Positions 12,021 through 23,671 are shown, numbered from the whole stretch's first letter. The stretch: DNA of 55,163 bases, filler included, from Bipalium vagum (GCA_037834085.1; 3 parts of 3 records of this genome joined end to end with filler, not necessarily neighbours in it), one strand, 5' to 3'. Numbers and translations are program-made. Notes: generated by a model from the sequence alone, not told the origin.

Positions 12021-14430
12021 CGTACAGTCAAGATCATAATCATTTTTCGCAAAAACTTTATCAACTTTTCTTATCACTGCTTGGAGATTTGTTTTTAAGT
12101 ACGGGCTTTCAATTTTTATTGATTCAGAATTTTTAATTGATTTCACCAAAACATTTATTGAATCTGCAATTGGCTCACTTTCCAACTCAACTACTTTTCC
12201 CAATCTAGTTTTTGAATAAAAACTCTTCTTTTTGCTCAAAATTCAACAGCCGAATTGGTATTCTCCCTTCTCTGACGTACTACCTCTTCTTGAGCACCGT
12301 ATATCCATAATAATTCCTTTGAGAAGTCGAAGCATAGAGTTCCTTTATATCCTACTGGTGCATTTACAAAATACACTGTTTCTACTCTTCCTGTAATTGT
12401 AATAGTTTCTGACAAGACTACTTCGTTATCTGCATGTCACTTCCGACCTTTTCCTCTGACAGTTATTAATTGTCCTATTACTAAATCAAAAACTACTTCT
12501 TCTAACTGTGACAGAATATCCATTCCTACTAAGCTGTCATATGGGCAGTTCTCCATTATCCAATTGCTTGCCTCCAATTTCCAGTAGACAAACAACTTTT
12601 CCTTTAAACAGTACATATTCCATAGTTAACGTTTGTGTTGATCCTTTAAGTAATAATTTACTCTTTTCCTTTTGATTTAAAACTGTTTCATTAATGATTG
12701 ACACTGAAGCTTCCGAATCCAATAGTTATGTCATTGGTCTTCCATTTACCAGGAGTTGTATAAAGCTTTTTCCTTCAGTTCTGACTACATTGACTTGATC
12801 CTTATATACTGGTATGCCTAGTATTGCTGCTCGGTCTTCATACAATTCCTTTTTTGAATTTTCGTGAACTTGCGCTTCTACATACATCGGCTTTGAACAT
12901 ACTTCATCATAGGCTTCTGGTAATTCTGGATATATCTGTACCCGTGTTGGAATATTTGGCAACTGTTTCCTTATATATGGTGGTGTAGATGGTTGATTTT
13001 TCTTTAATGACGAGTATTTACTGTTTTTCCTTGGTCTTTTAGTTCATTGTGTTTTACTTGAAAATATTCCGGACTCCCCTTCTGAATGAGAAGATGAATT
13101 ATCACTTTCATTTTCTTTATCGAGCTCCTCGATTGTTTCCATTTTCACTTTCTGGTATTGATCATCTGCAAATATTTTCTTTTTCAATCTGGATAACTCT
13201 ATACCATGATGATGAATTATAACAAACTTCGCTAAAAACGGTATGTACGCTGCTATTAATCTCCATATAAATCCAACAGTTCTGTATAATTGAGAAAGTG
13301 CCCATTGTGTAAATCCCAATTAATGGTAAAATGAAAACGAATCCACATCGAGAAAACTTGGAGCAACAAATCCCAATATCCAACAGTTAAAGAAAAAATG
13401 TATTAGAACAGCAATCAAATGGAGCAGTCGATGCTGGCAAGCCCACAACAACAGCGGGTATATTTAGAAGATGCCAGTCAGAAGAATAGAAAGAAGCTGA
13501 AAATTGTGAAGCGCCTTAGGCTCTCACTTTAATTTTGTTTTTGTTGTGTTAAGTTCCTAAAAAGATGGTTGATTTTAAAAGACTTAGCTTGGGGCTTTTA
13601 GGTTACTTAACAAAGTCTGTGCTATCAGAAGGGTTTACGGATGAACGTTGTAGCACTAAATATTCACTGACACTCGATAAAAAGTCGATCAAAAAATAAA
13701 CTAAAAGAACACAGCTTTTAAACAAAATCTTTATTGAGAAATGAATTCTTTGACAAATTTTTAATTACAAGGGTTGATAAGATTTTGGGCTGACTTATCA
13801 GAATCTTTAAACACAGGCTTAGCCTAGTGTGTTAAAGCCATCAGGAAGTTTACCAGCTAGCGGCTGTGTAAACTTTAAACAAAAAAGGAAGAAATGGTGA
13901 AGCACCGAGTAATTATTTATAAGAAGAATTAATTAAAAGTTTAGGTCAATCGGTTAAACTTGGATTAGATATATAAATAAGATTTTTAAAGAATAATATT
14001 TAATTCAATACTTCTGTGCTCACAGAGTATGAATCTTGTAATGTTTAAGGTTAATAATATTAATAATAATACTAGAAATAATATCAATAATGTGAATTAC
14101 CAGTTAATTGAAATCTTTGAATTCCTTAGTTTGTTGACCTTGTGGCTGAAATAATCTCGTCTTAAATACCTATGCTGTGGAATGTCGAATTATGTTAATT
14201 TGGTTCCACGATAATTATTCTGGAATGTTCGAAATCTGATCAAGATGATATGTCTTACGTCATTCTATCGGCTATTGGAATTTGTTTTCGACAACGATCT
14301 TTCCGTGTTTAGCTATGAATTCGACTAATTAGTTCTGCCTTCTATTATTCGTTTCTTGAGATTTTTATGCTCGTCTGTCGCGTGAATTTATTGTTGGGTC
14401 TCCCTTTATGCTCTTGGGTAAGCCTTTTTA
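12021..14430 (-). mobile_element. Truncated, decayed Ty3/gypsy-type LTR retrotransposon (LTR-like region + 5' pol with aspartic protease)
   Basis: ORFs 13044-13319, 12726-12962 and 12537-12722 are one frame broken by single stops. It contains retropepsin FIQLLVNGRPMT*LLDSEASVSII (DSGAS motif decayed). After a frameshift come YDSLVGMDIL and then LQAVIRKVDKVFAKNDYDLDCT, the pre-RT signature of gypsy pol, cut at ~12021. The upstream ~13530-14430 region is LTR-like, with TATAAA at 13916-13921 and AATAAA at 13730-13735 on the minus strand. Boundaries are approximate. Confidence 0.8.
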
Positions 14431-14689
14431 TATTATTTATTTTTTATGCATTTTTATTTTTAGTAATATGTAATTTCTTTTTTTAGAAATTACTATACTT
14501 TTATTTATCTAAAAACTATTTTTAACAACCTATATAATTTTATTTCTATTGTTTTCTATTTTTAGTAGTGTTTATTTTTTATTTTTTTATATAAATTCTT
14601 TATTGTTTTACTAATAATGATTTATAATTAATAATAACAATAATAATTATTATTATTATTTAATAGAGAATTTTCTGACAGTCAGCTAT

Positions 14690-15720
14690 AAATCTTTACA
14701 TGACCAAAATAAAAAATAAAATCAATATGTTTATTAACAATAAAATTATGATCACTAAATGTTTGTTCAAAGTTTAAATGTTTATTTTGGGATGCTCCAC
14801 AGTTGTAATAAATAAATGTTTCCCCCTTGTGGGGATTAGTAAACAAAATTTTGTTGTTATGCCAAAAATACTTTATTTTCCCTATCATTCCATATTTCGT
14901 AGTCACTTTTTCTAGAGTGAGCTGATCTTTCAAAGCCTTCTAAACATTCTCTATCGAATTCATGTCAGTCCAAAAGTAGATTTTTTTGCATTGAAATATT
15001 TTTGAATTACATTAGCTCTGTGACAAAGTGTTCCATCATGCATGAACTGAAATCGTTGACGACCAGGCAACCAAATTCGTAATTGAAGCCATAATTAATT
15101 TTGGAGCACTTGCAGGTACTGCTGCGAATTCATGTTATCAACCACAAAAAAGTTTTCAAACCCCTTTCGTAGATCTAATGGACCATTTTGTTACTTGGAT
15201 CGGATGCTTAACCTTTTGGCTTACATATTCAGTTAAGTATCTTTCATTTGACTGAAGACGAACAATACAATGTACTGTCTTTTTTTAATGAATAATACTG
15301 TCATTCTTAAAAAGGATTGAACTTTCATCCGAGAAGCAAACATGACGTAAGAAATCAAACCGAGTAAATGAAAACCATTTTGTAGAAATTAATTTTTATT
15401 TAATTTTGACCAAAGTGTGTTTCGGTAGTGTTTGTATTTGAGTTCCCAAGTTGGTCTTTTCTTTATCATGGCCGGTGTTAATTATGCTTTATGGTTGGCG
15501 GTGAACAATAATGTTTATTTTTCTCAGCCGTCGTTGCACAGTCCTCACCTAAACATTTAAAACTGAAGACACAATGTCAGATGTATTTCTTTGATGGGTT
15601 TCTTTCGAAGTCGTAAAGTATTGCTTATTATTGTTCTGTCGTCTCTAGCAGTTGTTTTTCAAGCTGGTCCTTGAAACTGAGACTTTAGACTCTGTCCATT
15701 TTTAATCTTTTTTTATTCAT
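14690..15720 (-). mobile_element. Degenerate Tc1-family transposon
   Basis: Minus-strand fragments RHVCFSDES (first catalytic D), HDGTLCHRA (second D region) and a decayed DMNSIENV (DLNPIEN). Many frameshifts. Confidence 0.75.
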
Positions 15721-16065
15721 TTTTGATAGCAGACTGATAAAATAAATTTCTAATATATCTCACCTTGAGTCATCGTTGTTTCTTCCAATAGCACTTTAAG
15801 TTGAAATATTATGCATTCGGAAAGTGCTTATTTTCTTCCCATTTTAACAATATTACCAATAACCTTAATAAGTGTAAATAAATAAAGGTAAAAGTGACTG
15901 CGAAATGTAAAATGATTGAGAAAATAAAGTATTAGTGGCATAAAAAAAATTTTCAATAGACAGTCATAAATTCTGTCAAAAGCATGCAAGCAAGAGTCAA
16001 TTTCTTCTTAAAAAAAAGGAAATGTGGACCAAATATTAATTTCTTTTGTGTAATCGATATATATA

Positions 16066-16667
16066 TAGTAACCGCTCGATATAAGCAATAAAATGAACCA
16101 AATAAATTTCTTATATCGAATTTTTATTTTTGAATAAAAAGACACGTATAAAACTAGAAATTAATATTTTTTCACTACAGCCTTCTCTCGAATTCTAGGC
16201 AACAAAAGCATCTCATTGATCGAGATATTATTATTTTCACCCCATTCTATAATAGTATTGAATGAGTTAATAACATTGTCCGTACTTTTCTTTATGTCAT
16301 CGCCCATTTTGTTTATTTCTTCATCGTCAGTTTCTGTGATTGATTTCATGGTTTTATCATGAGACCCTTCAGCCCAGTCTGAGATTTCATTATCTGTAAT
16401 TACACTATCTCCGAAAATGGGCTTTTTACTTTTTTTAATCTTTTCCCTAATTCAGAATTTTGTGTGCCTTTCATTCGTTTCATTAAAGTCGTAGCTTTCA
16501 AATTAGTCGACACAAAAGTATGAATAGTTCCATTATTAATTTTGATTCTAGATAATGTTGATGCATTGATAGAATATTTTTTACATTTTACGTTTGGCTT
16601 GTTCCCACTTTCAATCTCTTTTAAAATTGATAATTTGTCTTGCATAGAAATAGAGCTCCGTTTATTT
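16066..16667 (-). mobile_element. Internally deleted pogo/Tigger element, cut by assembly gap
   Basis: MQDKLSILKEIESG...KKYSINASTLSRIK is an HTH-psq/CENP-B N-terminal domain, followed by an acidic C-terminal piece (ITDNEISDWAE...ETDDEE). The terminus TAGTAACCGCTCGATATAAG with internal inverted CTTATATCGA is Tigger-like. Confidence 0.75.
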
Positions 16668-16767
16668 NNNNNNNNNNNNNNNNNNNNNNNNNNNNNNNNN
16701 NNNNNNNNNNNTTAATTAATTAANNNNNNNNNNNNNNNNNNNNNNNNNNNNNNNNNNNNNNNNNNNN
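16668..16767. other. Artificial scaffold linker (N44-TTAATTAATTAA-N44)
   Basis: Exactly 100 bp with a palindromic 12-mer giving stops in all six frames; identical to the linker at 34475-34574. Confidence 0.97.
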
Positions 16768-16959
16768 AATTATTAAGTCTTCTCGGGTAATGTCTTTGGT
16801 CAACTCAATATTAGCTTAGTAATGAGTAATCTATATTTTTATTATTTTTATTTTTTATTATTTTATTATTAATATATAATATATAATTGAATTTTTTAAC
16901 AATTTAAAATTGATTTTCAGATCAAATATTCAAGTGGCGAATAGTTTCAAATTTCCAAA

Positions 16960-17135
16960 ATGAGAACAGAAAATGTGTGCATTTGGCATTGTATCTTATA
17001 CGAATTTCAAATATTCACAAATGCAACATGAGAATCAATTTGCCCTGTCTTTGGCAAAGACGTAGCAACGTATAATGTGTTTGTTTTATGGTTCTCAAAC
17101 TTCAAAGGTGATTTTAGTCTCATAGACAGTCCAGA
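16960..17135 (+). mobile_element. Mariner N-terminal fragment
   Basis: MRTENVCIWHCILYEF...VFGKDVAT...WFSNFKGDFSL resembles the mariner HTH region (HIRHCMLYEF...WFxKFxxGDFSL). Confidence 0.65.
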
Positions 17136-17414
17136 CCAATGTGATATAATAAACTTTTAAATCCTAAAAAATGAAAAAAATGCTTGATTAAATGGATCAA
17201 TTAAATGTAACACTAAGTATTTAATTAATGACATTATTTGGTGGTTGTTCGTTGAATTTAATTTATCCGAAGTTTTAACATTTTTTAAATTGATTTTTCT
17301 GTTTGGCTTCGTTTTTAAAATTTGATAATATTTGAATAAAGGATTAACATTTCTTCGGTTTGATTGTTAAGTTATTTTGTTCAATTAAATTATTATTGTT
17401 AGTTGAAAATTAAT

Positions 17415-17488
17415 TGGAGATACCTGGATTCGAACCCAGAACCTTTCACATGTGCATAGACCGCTCTAACTGCTGAGATACATCCTCC
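17415..17488 (-). pseudogene. tRNA-derived sequence (Ala-like backbone; tRNA pseudogene or SINE head)
   Basis: The reverse complement is GGAGGATGTATCTCAGCAGTTAGAGCG-GTCTA-TGCACAT-GTGAA-AGGTTCTGGGTTCGAATCCAGGTATCTCCA. It has A-box/D-arm and B-box (GGTTCGAATCC) features and tRNA-Ala-like ends, but the anticodon stem does not pair. Confidence 0.75.
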
Positions 17489-17689
17489 GATTAATTTTCA
17501 TTTTATCTCACATTCCCCTCCCTTAAAGCTCACATCCAGATCCTTAACCGCCCCTAGTTTCTTATTTCCATTTCTTTTTCTTTTACTTTGTTTTTTCACT
17601 TTCGAGACCTCATTCCCTGGTTGGTGTCAAAATTTGATTGACTCTATCAACAACATCGTGTGGCAACTTCGGAGTAGTACTTGAAGCTA

Positions 17690-18312
17690 TACAACATTTT
17701 ACAGATTTTTTCAATCTATTTTTTCAGTTGATCAAACCTGGCTTCATCATTGTACGCCGGAAACAAAAATTCGATATCAATGCAATGGACAGCAAAGGGT
17801 AAACCAGCTCCCATGAAGACGAAAACGGTTCCCTCCCTGGTAAAACCTTTGGCTACCGTTTTTTAAGGTGCTACAGGTATTTTTTTTCAGAATCTGAATT
17901 GAAAAACATAAAACGATAACTTGATTATATTATGCAAACCTACCTGATAAACTGTTCCCTGATATCCAGGTCTGTCGAGGAAAAAAATGTTTTCCCATAA
18001 TGATAATGCACCTGTTCACACCTAGTTTCAATGAAAATAATGAAAAAGTTGCACTTTGAATTAGTTCCACACCCACCCTATTCTCCAGATCTGGCCCGTT
18101 AAATTTTTTTTGTTCAGAAACCTGATTACGTCTTTGGCTGGCTATTTTGCAGACCTCGACAAATTGGCCTACAAAAATTGTATCCAAGATTTTAAGAAAC
18201 GTTTAATAAATTGTATTCAGCTTGTACCAGACTATATTGAAAAATAAATTGTTTCAAATTTTTGATTTTATTGTTTTCATATTTATTCATCGAACTTTTC
18301 AACGCATTCTCA
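17690..18312 (+). mobile_element. Degenerate mariner transposase (catalytic domain and 3' end)
   Basis: HNDNAPVHT and FELVPHPPYSPDLAPLNFF (YSPDLAP motif) read on the plus strand, followed by a TIR-like end. Confidence 0.8.
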
Positions 18313-18419
18313 TATATTAAAATCGAATTTTAGTTTGATCCAGATCAAGATTTAAAAAATAGAAGCCAAAATGGAATCCACGTTGGATTATATAGGGAGA
18401 AATATTCACTAAATGAAGA

Positions 18420-18905
18420 TCAATTTTGGTAAAATTTCAAGGCAAGATTGACTCAAAATCGTATCAAAGAATATTATAGAAAGCTCTGCCAAGCATTAGG
18501 AAAACGTTACCAAAAATTCTTCTGGTGCAAGATAAAGCAACAACCCATACTTCAAAATAGATTGCTACAAATAATGTAACCGTTACCCGCTGGTCAGCAA
18601 ACTCTGCAGATCTAAACCAAATAGAAAATGTTTGGGGACTAATGAAGAGAGAAGTATAACGACAAAATTCAAAAAGTATAATTGATTTGGAGAGAATTGT
18701 TGATAAGGTTCGGGATGGACTTGCACTGAAATATTTGAAGACATGACTTCTATCCATGCCTCGAAGAATTCAAAGTTACATTGTTTTGAAAGGAGAAAGG
18801 ACAAAATATTAAACTTTGTAATATTTATTGTGTAAATGTCTTTAATAAAACAAAAAAATTATAATAATCTTAGAGTAAATTTCATTTAAAAGTGACACTT
18901 TTTAT
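18420..18905 (+). mobile_element. Tc1-family transposase relic (3' half)
   Basis: LVQDKATTHTSK...WSANSADLNQIENVWGLMKREV resembles QDNAPCHTS...WPANSPDLNPIENVW. Confidence 0.8.
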
Positions 18906-19549
18906 AGTAAATTCAAATTTTAGGGTTCAACAAAGTCTTTAAATTTATTACAATAGCAAAGCTCAAGATTGCAACCCAGAAATTTTGTCCCAATCTTTAT
19001 TTTCATTTTTTTTTAAAAATTACCCAAATTCAAGGTAAAGACATCAAGGAATTTCAAAAACGAAGGTCAAGTCGGAAGCAATTATTTAAGCCACAGTTTG
19101 GATTTAAAGTTCCATTTACAATATTTTAAGTCTTCAAACTCGTTACCACCTTGCATTAGTTTTGTTAATTACAAATAAAGTATGAATGCATACTAATATA
19201 TGACAAATTTGAATACGTTTTCGTCGAAATAAAAATAATAAGGATTGTTAGGATAACAAAAATAGTATCTGGTGGATGATGGGAGCTAATAAACATCTTT
19301 ATTCATAAATATGAAAATAATAAGAAGTGGTTAACGACAATAAATAGTGGTACACAATCCTATAAGAAATTAAAATTAAATTAAAACAAAAATTATTTAT
19401 AAAAACCACTACTCATTAGAGTGAGTAGCTTATAAAAAGCACAAAAATCACAAATGTGATGATATCCAACTGCTAAAAATACACACAAATACAACGTGCA
19501 CCTAGAGATAAACATGATTATTTGTAACAAATAACGGTACCCAGTCATA

Positions 19550-19770
19550 TATAATTTCACAAAGTTGCTTCGTCCACTTCTCAATTCAGCAATCTCTAAT
19601 TTGCAACCAAACGATATTTCATATACAGGTTTTCAATTGTGTAAAAATATCAAGTTAAGTGAAATGTTTGAAATATGATGGAGCAAAAGCTAAAATACTT
19701 CATCAGATCTTGTAAATAGCTCTGGCCTGAGATTTTCAAATAAAAATCCTCTGGTTATGGTTTCCATATT
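19550..19770 (-). mobile_element. Highly decayed mariner N-terminal fragment
   Basis: Frameshifted pieces QDLMKYF, FAPSY and IAELRSGRS resemble mariner APSYxTVKxWxAEFKRGRTS. Confidence 0.4.
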
Positions 19771-20989
19771 GGCTACTTTTTCAACAGTTTCATACAATTT
19801 TATAATAGATTTATTCCTTCAAATAAAAATAGTAATACTTAAATAATTTTCACAAATTCAATTTCTGATAATATTTGAAAATGTAAAAACAAAATTAGTT
19901 CGCAATTTTAAAATTTATCAAAGATTTTTTAAAATATGAATATAAAAAATAATGGGCACTATAAAATTTATTAAAATTCTAAAATATGTTTAAATATTTA
20001 CACATAATTGTATAATGAGCTTATATATTATTTTAAAATCATTTTTTAATGTTAGGGTGAACCTATAAACTTAACAAAATTGTAAAATGAATGAAGATAA
20101 ATATAAAAATGTTTCTATAAGTTGACTAAGGAAAACTGAATTAATTAATATTTAAATTTAATAAAAAATAAATGCGATTTATTTAAAATATTCATTTTAG
20201 TATGTTTCTTTTATTTAATGAATCTCAATTATAATCTTTTCCAGCATTATAAAGTATTATTATTCTGGGAAATTTAATATTATTTCAAATTTTACGTATG
20301 AACATATAAATGATAATTCTTCAAATAAAAAAACTATGACAGATAATAAGCATTGAAAATATAATGAATTTTGTAAAACCTAATTGTAATAATCTATAAA
20401 ATATTATTTGGGTAAAATGACAATTGTTTAATCATATAAAGATAAATTACAAATAAGATAACGCTTGTTTAAAATTAACAATAGTAAATTTTTTGTGGAA
20501 AATGATTATGTGGACTTGTGTTTAATTTGGAAATGTTAATTGGCAAACGAAATTGCGGATATCATTTATTAAAAAATCGTGATTTCTGTTCAAGAAATCT
20601 TGTTAGAATATTTATCATCTTAATAAATCTGTAACATTTTAACTTTCCATTTTGAATATTTCCGTTGTTTAGTTTTGGTACAACAATTATTTTGTTGATT
20701 TCGAATGAAAATGTAAAATTTTTTCAACAAATCAGAGTCAGTTACTTTGCTATTATTAAAATTTGTTGAAATGATTTGTTTAAGGTTAAATAAAGATTGA
20801 TGTTAAATTTCCATAATATTTTGATCCAAGTTCATTGATTGGTGCTGGCTTAAAATTTTTTCAGATCAAAATGTTATTTTAGAAAGAAAACAGTTATTAT
20901 AAGTCCTTTGTTCTTTGTGGAGAAGGCCATGATAGCTACAAGTTATCCTGCTATGATCCAACAAAATATCATCAAAAACTTCAAAGAAA

Positions 20990-21200
20990 TAACACTTTCA
21001 TTCCACAACTAGATGGTGTTTCGCCGCACTAGAGTCTTTCGGTTCGCTATTTCCTCAATAATTGGTTGCCTAAAAAATGAATAGGAAGAGGCGGCTCGAT
21101 TCCCTGGCCACCACGGTCACCAGATTTAACCCCACTGGATATTTTCCTCAGGCATTATGTTAAAGATCGCGGGTATTCATTCAAAATAAAAAATTGAAAT
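20990..21200 (+). mobile_element. Tc1/mariner catalytic-domain fragment
   Basis: QLDGVSPH*SLSVRYFLNNWLPKK*IGRGGSIPWPPRSPDLTPLDIFLRHYVKDR. Confidence 0.85.
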
Positions 21201-21289
21201 ATTTGAAAAGTAAAATCGTTTTCTGCTGCATCGTGACATGATTTACTTATCTGCATTAAATTTTGTTTTATAAGTGAAATTTGAATTCT

Positions 21290-21410
21290 GAAAACAATTC
21301 ACAAAACATATGACAATGAAAGCTTGTCCAAAACTCAGGTTTACTGCTGACAACACTTTCTATGATGATCGACAAGCAATCACTATTGGGCTCCTTCTGG
21401 ACAACCGTAA
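21290..21410 (+). mobile_element. Mariner HTH fragment
   Basis: YDNESLSKTQVYC*...DDRQAI...PSGQP resembles YGDxxLSKTQVYRW...DGRExxxDxPRSGRP. Confidence 0.55.
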
Positions 21411-22401
21411 AAATCAACAACAGATATATATAAACTATTATAATCAAAGGAATTTTCAAAAAATGCCTTAATTTTTAAAATTAAAATGATCATTTTAAAC
21501 AAATGTGGATAAATGACTGAAGTTGGCCAAATTTAGTAATGTTTTTAGTTATAATTTTAAATGAAATATTAATTAAAATTAAGTTTAATAGTTGAGACTC
21601 AGATTATAATGATTCTTCTCTCTTTCAAGAAAGCATTTTATGTCAAGGAGTTTATTGTTTTAACCCAGCCATATTAAATATTTTTAATAAAATAAAGTTT
21701 AATTTTTCCTTTTTTTAGCTAGTTTATTAATTTACAATTAATTATCGACTGTTTTATAGCTCTTCTTTGTACTCAATTATGATCTGAAATATTTCACATC
21801 TGAAATATGTTATCGATTTATTTCTTATGAATTTGACCTTTTATGGAAAATTGTTGGATCATTTTTTTGACATCTATCACATCTAGTATCTTTTTCGACC
21901 GATCTCTTTTTATAAGTAAAAAATAAACTTTATTAAGTTGATAATAACGAAATTTATATTAAATTAATCAATAACATAGTGATGTGTGTTCCATCTGATG
22001 TAATTATGTTTTTAAGAGAAAACAGTCTCTTAATACTATCGGGTAATTTATAAAACTAATAATATTAATAATAATAAATGTTTTCAGATAAATTGATAGT
22101 TGTGGCAAAAGATTCAAAGAATGCACATTAAAAAGAAACATTGTTTAAAGATGAAAATTGTGTTCATCGAACTGTCAACCACAATATGAATTTTGTTGGC
22201 ATGAGACTGGTTCTCAGATCCAAAGAATTGAAGAGATTTGGGAGAAACTGAACACTAAGATCGTGTCAATGAATGGTGTCTACACTGATCTCTTGGAATC
22301 ATAAATGAATGAATGTGACTCCAAAATATTCAATCGTTGAATTGTGAATAAGTTTCTTCTTAATAAATTTGTAAATCGAAAATTAATTGTTTTTGTTAAT
22401 A

Positions 22402-23671
22402 CACCGTTTTCGCTTCTATTTTGACATCGCAAATTTAATTTTGACATTGTAAAGTTTAATTTTGACTTTTTAAATTTCATTTTTGTTTATTTAGATTATT
22501 TTCAAATTACAAACCATAAAAATTACAAATTGTAAAAATGAACAATTACGAAGGTAATATATTGTTAATACTGTATACATATATGTAAATTTACTACAGG
22601 TGTGGAGAAAAAAAGGAAACATCGAACGAAGATAGAAAAAGAATTGTTAAATCATACATGACAGGGAAATCAATTTCAACTATTTCTGAATTGTTAAATG
22701 TCAAACGAACCACGGTACAAAAAATAGTCAGGAAATATAATACTCAAGGAACTCATAAAAAAATAAAAGAAGCACCTCCAGGCCAAAAAAATTATCGGCT
22801 AAACAACAAAATGTTATTATTATTATTAAAATGTTATTGATGAAGACTGTTAGATCTCTTTAACAAAATTGCTGATAAATTGCTGAAATGAGTGCATAAT
22901 TTTCCAGAAAAAAGAAATGATGCATTCTATATAAAATCAAGATTTTTTATGAACAAGATTTTATTAAAATTCCTTCTCAAGTTTCTGAAAGTAACGTATT
23001 TTTTATTGACGAAGTTGGCTTTAATGTAAGCATGAGAGCTAAGAGAGGTCGATCTTTTAATGAAAAAAATCTATTCAGGTTGTCCAATCTTTAAGATAAA
23101 GAAACATATCTGTTTCCTGTGTAATGAATAGGGAATCTTTATTTTATTATGCTGCTCAAACTCGTCCTTTTATTAGTGATTTGTTTTTGGAATATATAGA
23201 AAAACTAATAGCTTTGCTTTAAAAAATATGTATACGAAATCGATAATGTAATCTTAATAATGGACAATTTTCCTTTCTATAAAACTACAAGAATAAGGAA
23301 ATTGATAGAGAAAACGGTTTCAGTTTATTATTTTTTACTTCCATACTCACCTTTTTTAAACCCCACTGAAAATTTTTTTCAAAATTGAAGGAATTTGTAT
23401 AAAAGGAGAGCAGAAAATGAAGAATCTTTAATGGAACTTATAAATAATTGGTCAACTTATTACAAGCGAAGATTGCTCCGGTTTCTATCGCAATATGGTT
23501 TCATAAATTCCAAGATGTTTGAACAAGGAAATTATTTATGAGTAAATGTATTTCTGTTTGAATTTTTTTTAACGTTATGAACATATACCTGTTGTAATTA
23601 ATATTTTGTCAAAATAGAATTTTACAATTTCAAAAATAACCTTAACGTTGTCAAAAGAGGTGAAAACGGTG
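22402..23671 (+). mobile_element. Full-length but decayed IS630/Tc1-type DNA transposon (1270 bp) with TIRs and TA flanks
   Basis: Left end TA|CACCGTTTTCGCTTCTATTTTGACA; right end TGTCAAAAGAGGTGAAAACGGTG|TA. HTH: GKSISTISELLNVKRTTVQKIVRKY. Catalytic motifs FIDEVGF, ILIMDNF and FLLPYSPFLNPTENFF. Frameshifts and stops are present. Confidence 0.9.

Noticed and set aside
19393-19767. Possible small spliced membrane-protein gene on the minus strand
   Set aside because: The upstream pieces are better explained as a decayed mariner N-terminus, and the splice model was not convincing.
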